Shown in pieces: positions 12,745 to 24,599 of a stretch of 64,000 nt of DNA. The notes under the pieces are model-generated. The model did no database searches, was not told where the DNA came from, and saw only the letters and a program-made list of their open reading frames with translations. A program made the position numbers and the translations under genes. The first letter of the stretch is position 1, and the number at the start of each line of letters is the position of its first letter. The DNA is from Chiloscyllium plagiosum (taxonomy: Eukaryota), in the NCBI RefSeq assembly GCF_004010195.1, contig NC_057720.1:7990012-8054011 (forward strand). The letters are read 5' to 3'.

Positions 12745-12990
12745 AGAAGAACTAGGAGCAGGAGTAGGACATCTTGCCCTTCGAACCTGTTTTGCCAATC
12801 AATAAGATCATGGCTGATCTTTTTATGCCCTCAGCTCCACTTACTCACCCTCTCACTACAAGCCCTAATTCCTTTACTGTTCAGAAAATTATCTATCTTA
12901 GCTTTTAAAACATTCACTGAGGAAGCCTCAACAACTTCATTGGGCCGGGAATTCCAAGGTTTCACAACCGTCTGGGTTAAGAAGTTCTTA
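12745..12990 (-). mobile_element. CR1 3' tail
   Basis: ORF 12831-13016 VVKPWNSRPNEVVEASSVNVLKAKIDNFL. Confidence 0.8.
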
Positions 12991-13125
12991 CTGGGTATAT
13001 AAATATGTATGGTCACAGATTAGCCATGAGCTCATTAAATAGTGGAACAATATCTGGAGGGTAAGTAGTCTTGCTATGTTTTTTAGGGAATTTCTTTGCA
13101 CGTTGCAAAATGGAGGGACATTGCA

Positions 13126-13295
13126 GAGAAATGTGTTGCTGGAAAAGCGCAGCAGGTCAGGCAGCATCCTGAAGAAGGGTTTATGCCCGAAACGTCGATT
13201 CTCCTGCTCCTTGGATGCTGCCTGACCTGCTGCACTTTTCCAGCGACACATTTTTCAGCTCTGATCTCCATCATCTGCAGTCCTCACTTTCTCCT
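13126..13295. mobile_element. Family A palindrome with intact-looking hammerhead
   Basis: atc-CTGAAGA-agggt-ttat-gccc-GAAAC-GTC-gat at 13166-13199; ttgcagagaa duplicated on both sides. Confidence 0.85.
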
Positions 13296-13579
13296 GGATG
13301 TTGCAGAGAACCTCTTTCAGTAATTCCATTTCGATCATTGAGTACTGGTAACTTTCTAAATATAACGGGACAAGTCCTTTTGTTTGCTGTTGGTAGAAAA
13401 ATTGTATAGATTTCAGAAAGAAACAATCCTACACTGGTTCGAGGAACAAGTTGGCAAAAAAGTAACAGTGGGTAGGGCTGTTTAGTGATAAATGAATAAA
13501 ACAAGAAGGTTTACTGCAATTGCTTTTTCCCATAGTAAATTATTCTGTTTATCCAACAAACTGGATAATTGAAGAAACA

Positions 13580-13960
13580 AGAAACAAATGAACATAAAAA
13601 CAACTTTTACATAATCCGTTTCTTAACCTCAGGCTATCCCAAAGCAATTCACAGTCAATGAAGTACTTTCAAATAGTAGTCAGCATTGCAATGTGGGCAA
13701 CACAACCAATCATTTATGCACAGAAATCTTCCACATATGGCACTGAAATAATTGATCAAGCATTCTGTTGAACTGATGGTAGTTGAGACATAAGCAGTTG
13801 CCAGGACACTGGGGGAACTACCCTGAATCTGCTTTAAACAGTCTTGTGGGATCTGTTACTTCCACTGGAGAAGGTCGATGTCACATTTGTTTAAGGTCTC
13901 ACCTGGATTGCATAAACCTTCAACTGTGCATCCATTATTCAGCGTCTGGAGCGGGAATTG
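13580..13960 (-). mobile_element. Deu-domain SINE remnant (SacSINE1/AmnSINE1-like); related remnants at 30140-30400, 36240-36400 and 46885-47170
   Basis: gccaggacactgggggaactaccctg...gtgggatct is reverse Deu-like; L2-like tail. Confidence 0.55.
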
Positions 13961-14429
13961 AGCTCAGAATCAAGACACAAACCGAACAAAGGCTAATCAT
14001 GGGTGTTGATGCAAAATGTTAGAAAATGGAGCCCTGTTTTCCAGTCTCATACATGCTAGAACAACACATGTAACAGTATGTAGTATGATACTGGTTTCTT
14101 TTTGCATTGTTGGAGGTTGTATTAAGNNNNNNNNNNNNNNNNNNNNNNNNNGGGGGGGGGTGACACCCCAGGAAAGTGGGGTTTAGGATTGTCAGATTAG
14201 CCATAATCTCATTGAATAGCAGAGCTGACCTGATGGGCTGAATAGGCTACTGTTTTCTTTGTTCAGTCATGGGGTGTGGGCATCATTCAGCATCAGATCA
14301 GCGTTTATTGCTCATTGTTAATTACACAGAGGCAGTTAAGAGTCAACCACATTGCTGTGGGTCTGGAGTTACGTGTAGATCAGACAATTTTCCTTCCCGA
14401 AAGGACTGAACCAAACTGGTTTATTTCTT

Positions 14430-15510
14430 CAACATCCATAGACTCTTATTTCATCAATTTATCTATTATCCCCTCGATATTGATTACTAAATTTAGTAAT
14501 CTCAGACTAAGCCCCACTCTCTGCAACCGGATCCTCAGGTTCCTGACCCATAGGCCACAATCAGTGAAGATTGGGGACAATATTTCATCCTCACGAACAC
14601 TCAACACTGGAGCCACCCTAGGGGTGTGTACTCAGCCCTCTACTGTACTCACTATACACCTAAGACTGTGTCGCCAAATACCAGACTAATACCATTTACA
14701 AGTTCGCTGATGACACCACCATAGACGGTCAAATCTCAGATGGTGAAGAAACAGACTACAGATGGGAGGTGGAAGACCTGGAAAAATGGTGCACTGAGAA
14801 CAACCTAGCTCTCAATGCCAGCAAAACCAAGGAACTCATTATTGACTTCAGGCGGGATGTTACTCATGCTCCCCTACACATTAACAGCACAGAGGTGGAA
14901 GGAGTGGAGAGTGTCAAGCTCCTGGGAGTGGTCATCCACAACAAGCTTTCTTGGACTCTTCATGTAGACACACTGGTTACAAAGGCCCAAGAACATCTCT
15001 TCTTCCTCAGGCAGCTAAGGAAATTTGGCCTTACAGTGAATACCCTTGCCAACTTTTATAGGTGCGCCATCGGGAGCATGGCAACTGCACCATTTAAGAT
15101 CGGAGACAGTTACAGAGAGTGGTGAACTCGACCTGAACAATCACAAAGGCCAACCTCCCATCTATGGAAACCATTTACAGAACCGCTGTCTAGAAAAGGC
15201 TGTCAGCATTCTCAAAGATCCATCCGCCCTGGCAATGTTTTTCTCCAACCTCCACCACTGGGGAGAAGGTACAGAAGCCTGAACACACACAACAGCTGGT
15301 TTTATAGCAGTTTCTACCCTACAATTGTCAAAATACTGAATGGACTCACAAACTCGGCACATTCGCCTGTACCTGTGTTTTTGTTTTTGCCGCTGTTTAC
15401 CTATTATTTACTTCTCTATGCTACTTAACTCTGTGATCCGCCTGTATTGCTCACATGACAAAGTTTTTCACTGTGCCTCAGTACATGTGACAATAAATTC
15501 AATTCAATTT
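14430..15510 (+). mobile_element. Rex1/Babar-like LINE 3' fragment inserted in a tRNA SINE (14260-14425, 15515-15630)
   Basis: FLTHRPQSVKIG...TLNTGA.GCVLSPLLYSLYT, KFADDT, NNLALNASKTKELIIDFRR; (aattc)n tail. Confidence 0.8.
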
Positions 15511-15637
15511 TCGTTGTGAATTCAAGTCCACCACCTAGACATGGTCGGATTTGAACTCTGGTCTCCATCATATTACCTGGGGATGCTCTGGCCTAACTGT
15601 CTAGCAACAGTAGCACCCGGCTAATGCTTCTACTTTT

Positions 15638-15868
15638 AGATTAGATTCCCTACAGTGTGGAAACAGGCCTTTTGGCCCAACAAGTCCACACAAACCCTCC
15701 AAAGAGTAACCCACCCATACCCATTCTCCTCTCCTATATTCTCCCTGGCTAATGCACCTAACACTATGGGCAATTTAGCATGGCCAGTTCACCTGACATA
15801 CATATCTTTGGACTGTGGGAGGAAACCCGCACTTACATGGGGAAAATGTACAAACTCCACACAGACAG
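15638..15868 (-). mobile_element. HE1 SINE 3' part (5' part at 23068-23150)
   Basis: Breaks at caaactccacacagacag and resumes cagctgcccgagg...gcagcagtgctaacc at 23069. Confidence 0.8.
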
Positions 15869-17712
15869 GTAGAGTCATAGAGATGTACAGCATGGAAACA
15901 GACCCTTTGGTCCAACCCATCCATGCCGACCAGATATCCCAACCCAATCTAGTCCCACCTGCCAGCACCCGCCCCATATCCCTCCAAACCCTTCCTATTC
16001 ATACACCCATCCAAATGTCTCTTAAATGATGCAATTGTAGCAGCCTCCACCACATCTTCTGGCAACTCATTGCATACACGTACTACCCTCTGCGTGAAAA
16101 AGGTGCCCCTTAGGTCTCTTTTATATCTTTCCCCTCTCACCCTAAACCTATGCCCTCTAGTTCTGGACTCCCTGACCCCAGGGAAAAGACTTTGTCTATT
16201 TATTCTATCCATGCCCCTCATAATTTTGTAAACCTCTATAAGGTCACCCTTCAGCCTCCGACGCTCCAGAGAAAACAGCCCCAGCCTGTTCAGCTGCTCC
16301 CTGTAGCTCAGATCCCCTCTCCAATCCTGGCAACATCCTTGTAAATCTTTTCTGAACTCTCTCAAGTTTCACAACATCTTTCCGATAGGAAGGAGACCAG
16401 AATTGCACGCAATATTTCAACAGTGGCCCAACCAATGTCCTGTACAGCCACAACATGACCTCCCAACTCCTGTACTCAATACTCTGACCAATAATGGAAA
16501 GCATATCAAATGCCTTCTTCACTATCCTATTTACCTGCCACTCCACTTTCAAGGAGCTATGAATCTGCACTCCAAGGTCTCTTTGTTCAGCAACACTTCC
16601 TAGCACCTTACCATTAAGTGCCTAAGTCCTGCTAAGATTTGCTTTCCCAAAATGCAACACCTCACAGTTATCTGAATTAAACACCATCTGCCACTTTTCA
16701 GCCCATTGGCCCATCTGGTCCAGATCCTGTTGTGATCTGAGGTAACCCTCCAATTTTGGTATCATCTGCAAACTTACTAACTGTGCCTCTTATGCTCGCA
16801 TACAAATCATTTATATAAATGACAAAAAGTAGAGGCCCAGCACCGATCCTTGTGGCACTCCACTGGTCACAGGCCTCCAGTCTGAAAAACAACCCTCCAC
16901 CACCACCCTCTGTCTTCTACCTTTAAGCCAGTTCTGTATCCAAATGGCTAGTTCTCCCTGTATTCCATGAGATCTAACCTTGCTAATCAGTCTCCCATGG
17001 GGAACCTTGTCGAACGCCTTACTGAAGTCCATATCAATCACATCTACTGCTCTGCCCTCATCAATCTTCTTTGTTATTTTTTTCAAAAAACTCAATCAAG
17101 TTTGTGAGACATGATTTCCCATGCACAAAGCCATGTTGACTATCCCTAATCAGTCTTTGCCTTTCCAAACACATGTACATCCTGTACCTCAGGATTCCCT
17201 CAAACAACTTGCCCACCACCGAGGTCAGGCTCATCGGTCTATAGTTCCTTGGCATGTCTTTACCACCCTTCTTAAACAGTGGCACCACGTGTGCCAACCT
17301 CCAGTCTTCTGGCACCTCACCTGTGACTATCAATGATACAAATATCTCAGCAAGAGGCCCAGCAATCACTTCTCTAGCTTTCCACAGAGTTCTTGGGTAC
17401 ACCTGATCAGGTCCTGGGGATTTATCCACCTTTAACCTTTTCAAGACATCCAGCACTTCCTCCTCTGTAATCTGGACATTTTGCAAGATGTCACCATCTA
17501 TTACCCTACAGTCTATGTATTCCATATCCTTTTCCACAGTAAATACTGATGCAAAATATTCATTTAGTATCTCCCCCATTTTCTGTAGCTCCACGCAAAG
17601 GCCGCCTTGCGGATCTTTGAGGGGCCCTAGTCTCTCCCTAGTTGCCCTTTTGCCCTTAATATAGTTGTAAAAACCCTTTGAATCCTCCTTAATTCTATTT
17701 GCCAAAGCTATG

Positions 17713-18044
17713 TGGGCGGCACGGTGGCACAGTGGTTAGCACTGCTGCCTCGCAGCGCCAGAGACCCGGGTTCAATTCTCGACTCAGGCGACTGACTGTG
17801 TGGAGTTTGCACGTTCTCCCCGTGTCTGCGTGGGTTTCGTCCGGGTGCTCCGGTTTCCTCCCACAGTCCAAAGATGTGCAGGGTCAGGTGAATTGGCCAT
17901 ACTAAATTGCCCGTAGTGTTAGATAAGGGGTAAATGTAGGGGTATGGGTGGGTTTCGCTTCGGCAGGTCGGTGTGGACTTGTTGGGCCGAAGGGCCTGTT
18001 TCCACACTGTAATCTAATCTAATCTAATCTAATCTAATCTAATC
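17713..18044 (+). mobile_element. Young HE1 SINE inserted in CR1 ORF2
   Basis: Full head, V-domain and tail with (aatct)n; host resumes atctcatgtcc. Confidence 0.95.
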
Positions 18045-20632
18045 TATCTCATGTCCCTGTTTTGCCGTCCTGATTTCCCTCTTAAGTATACTCCTACTTT
18101 CTTTATACTCTTCTAAGGATTCACTCGATCTATCCTGTCTTTTTTAACCAAACCCTCAATTTCTTTAGTCATCCAGCATTCCCGGTACCTACCAGCCTTC
18201 CCTTTCATCCTGACAGGAATATACTTTCTCTGGATTCTTGTTATCTCATTTCTGAAGGCTTCCCATTTTCCAGCCGTCCCTTTACCTGTGAACATCTGCC
18301 TCCAATCAGCTTTTGAAAGTTCTTGCCTAATACCGTCAAAATTGGCCTTTCTCCAATTTAGAATTTCAACTTTTAGATCTGGTCTATCGTTTTCCATCAC
18401 TATTTTAAAACAAATAGAATTATGGTCGTTGGCTCCAAACTGCTCCCCCACTGACACCTCAGTCACCTGCCCTGCCTTATTTCCCTAGAGTAGGTCAAGT
18501 TTGCACCTTCTGTCATAGGTACACCCACATACTGAATCAGAAAATTGTCTTGTACACACTTAACAAATTCCTCTCCATCTAAACCTTTAACACTATGACA
18601 GTCCCAGTGGATGTTTGGGAAGTTAAATTCCCCTCCCGTAACTACCCTATTATTCTTACAGATAGCTGAGATCTCCTTACAAGTTTGTTTCTCAATTTCC
18701 CTCTGACTATCGGGGGGTCTATAATACAATCCCAATAAGGTGATCATCCCTTTCTTATTTCTCAGTTCCACCCAAATAACTTCCCTGGATGTGTTTCCGG
18801 GAATATCCTCCCTCAGCACAGCTGTAATGCTATCCCTTATCAAAAATGCCACTCCCCCTCCTCTTTTGCCTCCCTTTCTATCCTTCCTGTCGCATTTGTA
18901 TCCTGGAACATTAAACTGCCAGTCCTGCCCATCCCTGAGCCATGTTTCCGTAATTGCTATGATATCCCAGTCTCATGTTCCTAACCATGCCCTGAGTTCA
19001 TCTGCCTTCCCTGTTAGGCCTCTTGCACTGAAATAAATGCAGTTTAATTTATTAGTCTTACCTTGTCCCTGCCTGCCCTGACTGTTTGACTCACTTCTGT
19101 TCTCAGCTGTACCTGTCTCAGATCGATCTCTTTCCTCACTATCTCCTTGGGTCCCACTCCCCCCCACCTTATCTAGTTTAAATCCTCCCAAGCAGTTCGA
19201 GCAAATTTCCCTGCCAGTATATTAGTCCCCTTCCAATTTAGGTGCAATCCATCCTTCTTGTACGGGTCACTTCTACCCCAAAAGAGATCCCAATGATCCA
19301 AAAACGTGAATCCTTCTCCCATATACCAGCTCCTCAGCCATGCATTCATCTGTTCTATCCTCCTATTCCTCCCCTCACTAGCTTGTAGCGCTGGGAGTAA
19401 TCCAGATATTACTACCCTTGAGGATCTCCTTTTTAAGGGGTGTAGGTTTGCTCACTGAGCTGGAGGTTTGTTATCCAGACATTTCATTACCTGGCCAGGT
19501 AACATCATCAGTGGTGACCTCCAAGTGAAGCGAAGCTGTTGTCTCCTGCTTTCAATTTGTATGTTTGTCCTGGATGGGGTTCCTGGGGTTTGTGGTGATG
19601 TCATTTCCTGTTAGTTTTCTGACAGGTTGATAGATGGTATCTAGATCTATGTGTTTGTTTATGGTGTTGTGGTTGGAGTGCCAGGCCTCTAGGAATTCTC
19701 TGGCATGTCTTTGCTTAGCCTGTCCCAGGATAGATGTGTTGTCCCAGTCGAAATGGTGTTTTGTGTCATCCGTGTGTAGGTCTATGAGGGAGAGGGGATT
19801 GGGTCTTTTTGTGGCTAGCTGGTGTTCATGTATCCTGGTGGCTAACTTTCTTCCTGTTTGTCCTAAGGAGTGTTTGTGGCAGTCCTTGCATGGAATTTTA
19901 TAGATGACATTGGTTTTGTCCATGGGTTGTACTGGGTCTTTAAAGTTTGTTAGGTTTTGTTTGAGAGTGTTGGTGGGTTTGTGTGCTACTAGGATTCCGA
20001 GGGATCTTAGTCGTCTGGCTGTCATTTCTGAAACTTCTTTGATGTATGGTAAGGTGGTTAGGGTTTCTGGCTGTGTTTGGTCTGCTTGTCATGGTTTGTT
20101 CTTGAGGAATCTGTGGGCTGTATTTTTTGAGTATCCGTTCTTCTTGAATACGTCGTATAGGTGGTTCTCCTCTGTTTTCTGAACTTCGTCTTTGCTGCAG
20201 TGTGTGGTGGCTCATTGTAATAGTGTTCTGATACAGCTTTGTTTGTGTGTGTTGGGATGGTTGCTGGTGTAGTTAAGTATTTGGTCAGTGTTTGTCGGTT
20301 TTCTGTATACGCAGGTTTGTAGTTCTCCGTTGTCCTTTCTTTCGACTGTGACGTCCAGGAATGCGAGTTTGTTGTCGGTTTCTTCCTCCTTGGTGAACTT
20401 TATGCCTGTGAGGGTGTTGTTGATGATGTTATGCTGCCCGTGTAGTGGACGTGGAGTCAGCTCATCATTGGTGGGACATATTGAGTGGTATGTCCTCCAC
20501 TGCGGGGACATTCCTGTTCCCACCCTTGTCGATCCTGGTAGCGGTCCTGGTGATTTTAACATGCTGTAATGTCCTGACTTGCTTGTATATTTGGCGTGTA
20601 CGTAGGCGCTTGTTAGAAAGAATACATATGGG

Positions 20633-20897
20633 CATAATGTAACACATGTATTGGGCCAAGCAGTGGAATGTGGTGTGTCCCAATACATGTGTGCTCATAA
20701 TGTAACACATGTATTGGGCCAAGCAGTGGAATGTGGTGTGTCCCAATACATGTGTGCTCATAATGTAACACATGTATTGGGCCAAGCAGTGGAATGTGGT
20801 GTGTCCCAATACATGTGTGCTCATAATGTAACACATGTATTGGGCCAAGCAGTGGAATGTGGTGAAAGGGTTAAAATTGTGTCCCAATACATGTGTG
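20633..20897. repeat. Tandem array 4 x 63 bp, each unit containing a 14-bp inverted repeat
   Basis: Units start at 20633, 20696, 20759 and 20822 (4th has a 15-nt insert); acacatgtattggg / cccaatacatgtgt. Confidence 0.95.
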
Positions 20898-20900
20898 AAT

Positions 20901-21256
20901 CTAACCGGAATGGAGGTGTTGCTTAGTCCCGTGTGAATCTTATTACACACCTCCCCGTGTGAATCTTCTTATCTGTATGTAACTAGAATGGAATGTGTTT
21001 TTTAGCCTTGCTCTGCTCTAACCGAAAATGGAAGGTGTCGCTTAGTCCCGTGTGAATCTTGTTACACACCTCCCCGTGTGAATCTTCTTATCTGTATGTA
21101 ACCAGAATGGAATGTGTTTTTTAGCCTTGCTCTGCTCTAACCGAAAATGGAAGGTGTCGCTTAGTCCCGTGTGAATCTTGTTACACACCTCCCCGTGTGA
21201 ATCTTCTTATCTGTATGTAACCAGAATGGAATGTGTTTTTTAGCCTTGCTCTGCTG
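20901..21256. repeat. Tandem array 3 x 119 bp
   Basis: cttagtcccg recurs at 20922, 21041 and 21160. Confidence 0.95.
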
Positions 21257-21686
21257 TTCACATGAATGTTTATATCTGGAAAAGAGTATATCAGCTGGAA
21301 AAGTCTCCAGTTCGGTGAGTCTGCTCCGGGGTTACGTTTAACCGCCGAGCGTGGGTTGTTGGCAACCGCTCTACGAGAACTGACGGCTCCCAGTTCCGGT
21401 AACATGTAGAGTGAGTATAAGCCAGACCCGTTGTTTGGACCTGGTTGTGGCGACGATGCGGGGAATAAAATGCCCATATTCTAGCAGACTCGCCTCTTGG
21501 TCGTTTGTTCTGTGTCAGACTACTCTCCTACGAACCTGACCTTGAGAATTTTTTAAAACAATGCCATCTATCAACCCCTCAGAAAACTAACAGGAAATGA
21601 CACCACCACAAACCACAGGAACCTCATCCAGGACAAACATATGAATAGAAAGGAGGAAACAACAGCTTCACTTCACTTGGAGGTCG

Positions 21687-21726
21687 CCACTGATGATGTT
21701 ACCTGGCCAGGTAATGAAACGTCTGG
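21687..21726 (+). ncRNA. Minimal type I hammerhead ribozyme motif in the PLE pLTR
   Basis: cca-CTGATGA-t-gttacc-tggcca-ggtaat-GAAAC-GTC-tgg: core boxes, stem II and a 3-bp stem I are all present. Confidence 0.8.
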
Positions 21727-24599
21727 ATATCAAACCTACAGCTCAGTGAGCAAACCTACACCCTAAAGCTCAACCTGAGCTACAAACCTTCACAAACCTT
21801 GCACCTCCTTTTTAAATTTCTGCCTAACTCTCTGTAATCTCCCTTCAGAATCTCAACCTTTTCCCTTCCTATGTCATTGGTTCCAATGTGGACAATGACC
21901 TCCTGCTGGCCCCTCTCCCCTGTGAGAACATTCTGCACCCTCTCTGAGACGTCCTTGATCCTGGCACCAGGGAAACAACACACCATTCTGCTTTTTCTCT
22001 GCTGGCCACAGAAATGTCTGTCTGTAGCTTTGACTACAGAATTCCCTAACACAATTGATCTCTTGGAAGCCGACGTACCTCTCATTGCATTAGAGCCAGT
22101 CTCAATACCAGAAACTTGGCTGTTCGTGCTACGTTCCCCTGAGAATCCATCATCCCCTACATTTTCCAAAACAGCATACCTGTTTGAAATGGGTATATCC
22201 ACAATGGACTCCTGCACTAGCTGCCTACCTTTCTTACCCTTCCTGGAGGTAACCCATCTATATGACTGTATCTGAGACTTTCCCCCCTTCCGATAACTGC
22301 CATCCATACATACTGTTGCTGTTGCAAATTCCTCATCGCTTCTATCTGTCTCTCTAACCAATCCACTCGATCTGATAAGATTCACATCCAACAGGATTTA
22401 TGGCAGATATAATCCGCAGTAACCCTTAAACTCCCTTTAAACTCCCACATCTGATAAGAAGTACATATCACTGCAAAGGCATTTTTGCTCCTTCAAAATC
22501 TACAGACTCAGAAAATAACATTGTCTTATTCCTCTACAAACACTGCCCAGGTTAAATTAATAATTATAGCTTATATTTTCAGTTTAATCAAGAGAATTAT
22601 CTCCAAAAACATATAATCAAGAAAGAATCCACTATACTCACTATAGCAGCCTTTCTCTTGGACAGACTTAAAACAACAATTAACTTATCTGATTCTGTGC
22701 GGTGAACTTCGTCCAACAGTTCCTCCAAGATTAGTTGTGAAATTCACTGTTTGTTAATTTTCCCGGATACACTCCGATGTCCAGCGATCCATGAATTCAA
22801 ACAACAAATGCGATAACTGTGCAGGTTCTCTCTCTCTCTCTCTCCTACACTGTCCTCACCATGTGCTTCCTTTGTCTGCTCTTCTCCCTTTTAAAACTGC
22901 TGTTGTCTAGACTTTTTTTTTCCAAGTTCCAAAACAATGCAACAGCATATAAAACAGTAATTGCTGCTCCTGGAATTCGAGGAAATCACTTCCAACACCT
23001 AAAATACCTCAAAAAAAAAGGAGCAGCTCTTACAGCCAGAAATCTTTCCCATCCTCCATCTTGGATTTCAGCTGCCCGAGGTTAGAACTGAACCCAGGTC
23101 CCTGCGCTGTAAGGCAGCAGTGCTAACCATCAAGCCACTGTGCTGCCCCATGGTCCTTTTCAGTCTTATGGCCTCTATTTCAGAAGAGATAGTACCTGGA
23201 GGCTTTATTACTTTTGTAGCCTAAATCAATGACAATACTTATTGAAGAGGGAAGCTATTCCCACAAATTTGACCAACATGACTTTAACAACCCACACTCG
23301 ATTAACCAGTCATTAATGTCCTATTCATAGATTACTGCTGACCACAAATGACATTAGTATGGACCAATTTAGCCATCACTGCACTTCATAAACATCCAAT
23401 GTTTGCGTGACTTTTGCACTATCATGTAAAAGTGAGGCGGTAGAGTAAATGGTAAGGTCAGTAGGTGAGTAAATCTGCAGGCGTAAGTTGACAGTCTCAA
23501 GGCATATGTTCAAATCCCACTAGCGAAGGTCAATGAATAATTGTGCACAAAGCTGGTATTGATGACAGATTTTTGCTTTAATTATTGATTAAAACCTCAT
23601 GTAATTCACAAATAGGGAAGGAAATTGAACTACGTACCTGGTTTGGTCTAACTGTCCCCACAAATGACCAAGCAAGTCACTCAGCTCAAGGATAGTTAGG
23701 AATGAGGTAATAGATGCGAGCCTTGTCAGTATCCCATGAAAAAGTAAAATAAATGCAAGTTATTTTAATGCTCAGCTTACTGGGGTTACTTCAATATAAT
23801 AAATACTATGCTCTTCAGTTTGAATCATAATTGTGCAGGGATGTAGAAGTGAACAGGCTGAGAGTCTATTTCTTACTAGTTAGATTTCAAATGTAACACA
23901 ATCCCACGTTACGATTTCTGGAATAAAGTGATGTGGTACATTATAGTATTATTCATTTCCTCATATTGCAAGAGCTTGTAATATGCACTCACTGACATCA
24001 ATCACTATTTCAGAGCACAAAGAAGCCAGCCAGCTCTGAAAACAGTAATAGTAGGTTCAGTGTCTCTGACTGAGCATTTAAAGTGAACTGGAAAATGTAC
24101 GAGGCCAGTTGCGTTCTAGGTGGTTGCATTCACAGATTGCTTTTTGTTGTGAGCTAATCTGCCCTAGAGTTTGTTCTGCAAAGGGAATATGGGCTCGGAA
24201 GGTCACCTGGGCTGAGAAAGATCATTAATCCAACCAGTGTTTCATTGACTCAATGTATTAATGATAACAATCCATGGGGGGCTCGGTTAGCTCAGTTGGC
24301 TGCATGGTTAGTTCATTGATGTACAGTAACACCAACAGTGTGGGCTCAATTCAACATACCAGCTGAGGTTACCATGATGGATTTGCTTTCACAGCCTCAC
24401 CTGAGGAATGGTGACCGTCAGGTTACATTGCCGCCAGCCATCTTGTGCTAATGAGCGAGTAGCCCAATGGTCTGGAAAGACTGTAGTGACTTTACATTCA
24501 CCTAATTGGCTATAGTCTCTATAACCCTCCATTCCATCCCAAAACAACCTCGTTTCAATCCATTATTAACTATTTTTTCCCCATTACTTAAAATATCAT

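Larger units (their letters stand above)
20435..21560 (+). mobile_element. 1126-bp solo LTR (ERV1- or Gypsy-like) with 4-bp TSD
   Basis: TG at 20435, CA at 21560; ATGC at 20431-20434 and 21561-21564; gtataa about 21415, aataaa about 21464; CpG-rich 3' part. Confidence 0.85.
19437..21802 (-). mobile_element. Penelope-like element (family E), 5'-truncated with inverted pLTR (21561-21802), interrupted by an LTR
   Basis: RT end FTKEEE...LAFLDV...VYRKPTNTD; GIY-YIG NVIYKIPCKDC...GQTGRKLATRIHEH; TSD ctcctttttaa at 19426-19436 and 21805-21815. Confidence 0.92.
15869..23067 (-). mobile_element. Near full-length CR1 (HER1-like) LINE: 5' UTR, ORF1 (SGNH esterase-type), ORF2 (APE + RT), interrupted and frameshifted
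   Basis: ORF1 IVLGNSVV...CFPGARIKDV...VHIGTNDI (21780-22391); APE LNCIYFSARGL, GEFNFPNI, DHN; RT QHGF, DFSKAFDKVPH, GVPQGSVLG, KFADDTK; (ctctatga) tail. Confidence 0.92.

Noticed and set aside
17713..17790. tRNA genes at SINE heads
   Set aside because: A/B boxes continue into the HE1 V-domain and LINE-like tail; these are not stand-alone tRNAs
20664..20671. miR-1/206-like 5' sequence TGGAATGT
   Set aside because: Only 8 nt match, and it lies in the loop rather than the stem; better explained as a TEAD-like motif
20633..20897. CRISPR-like array or repeat-protein gene (ORFs 20465-20950, 20651-20926)
   Set aside because: Units are identical with no unique spacers, the context is eukaryotic, and the ORFs are a by-product of a 63-bp (3n) repeat inside an LTR
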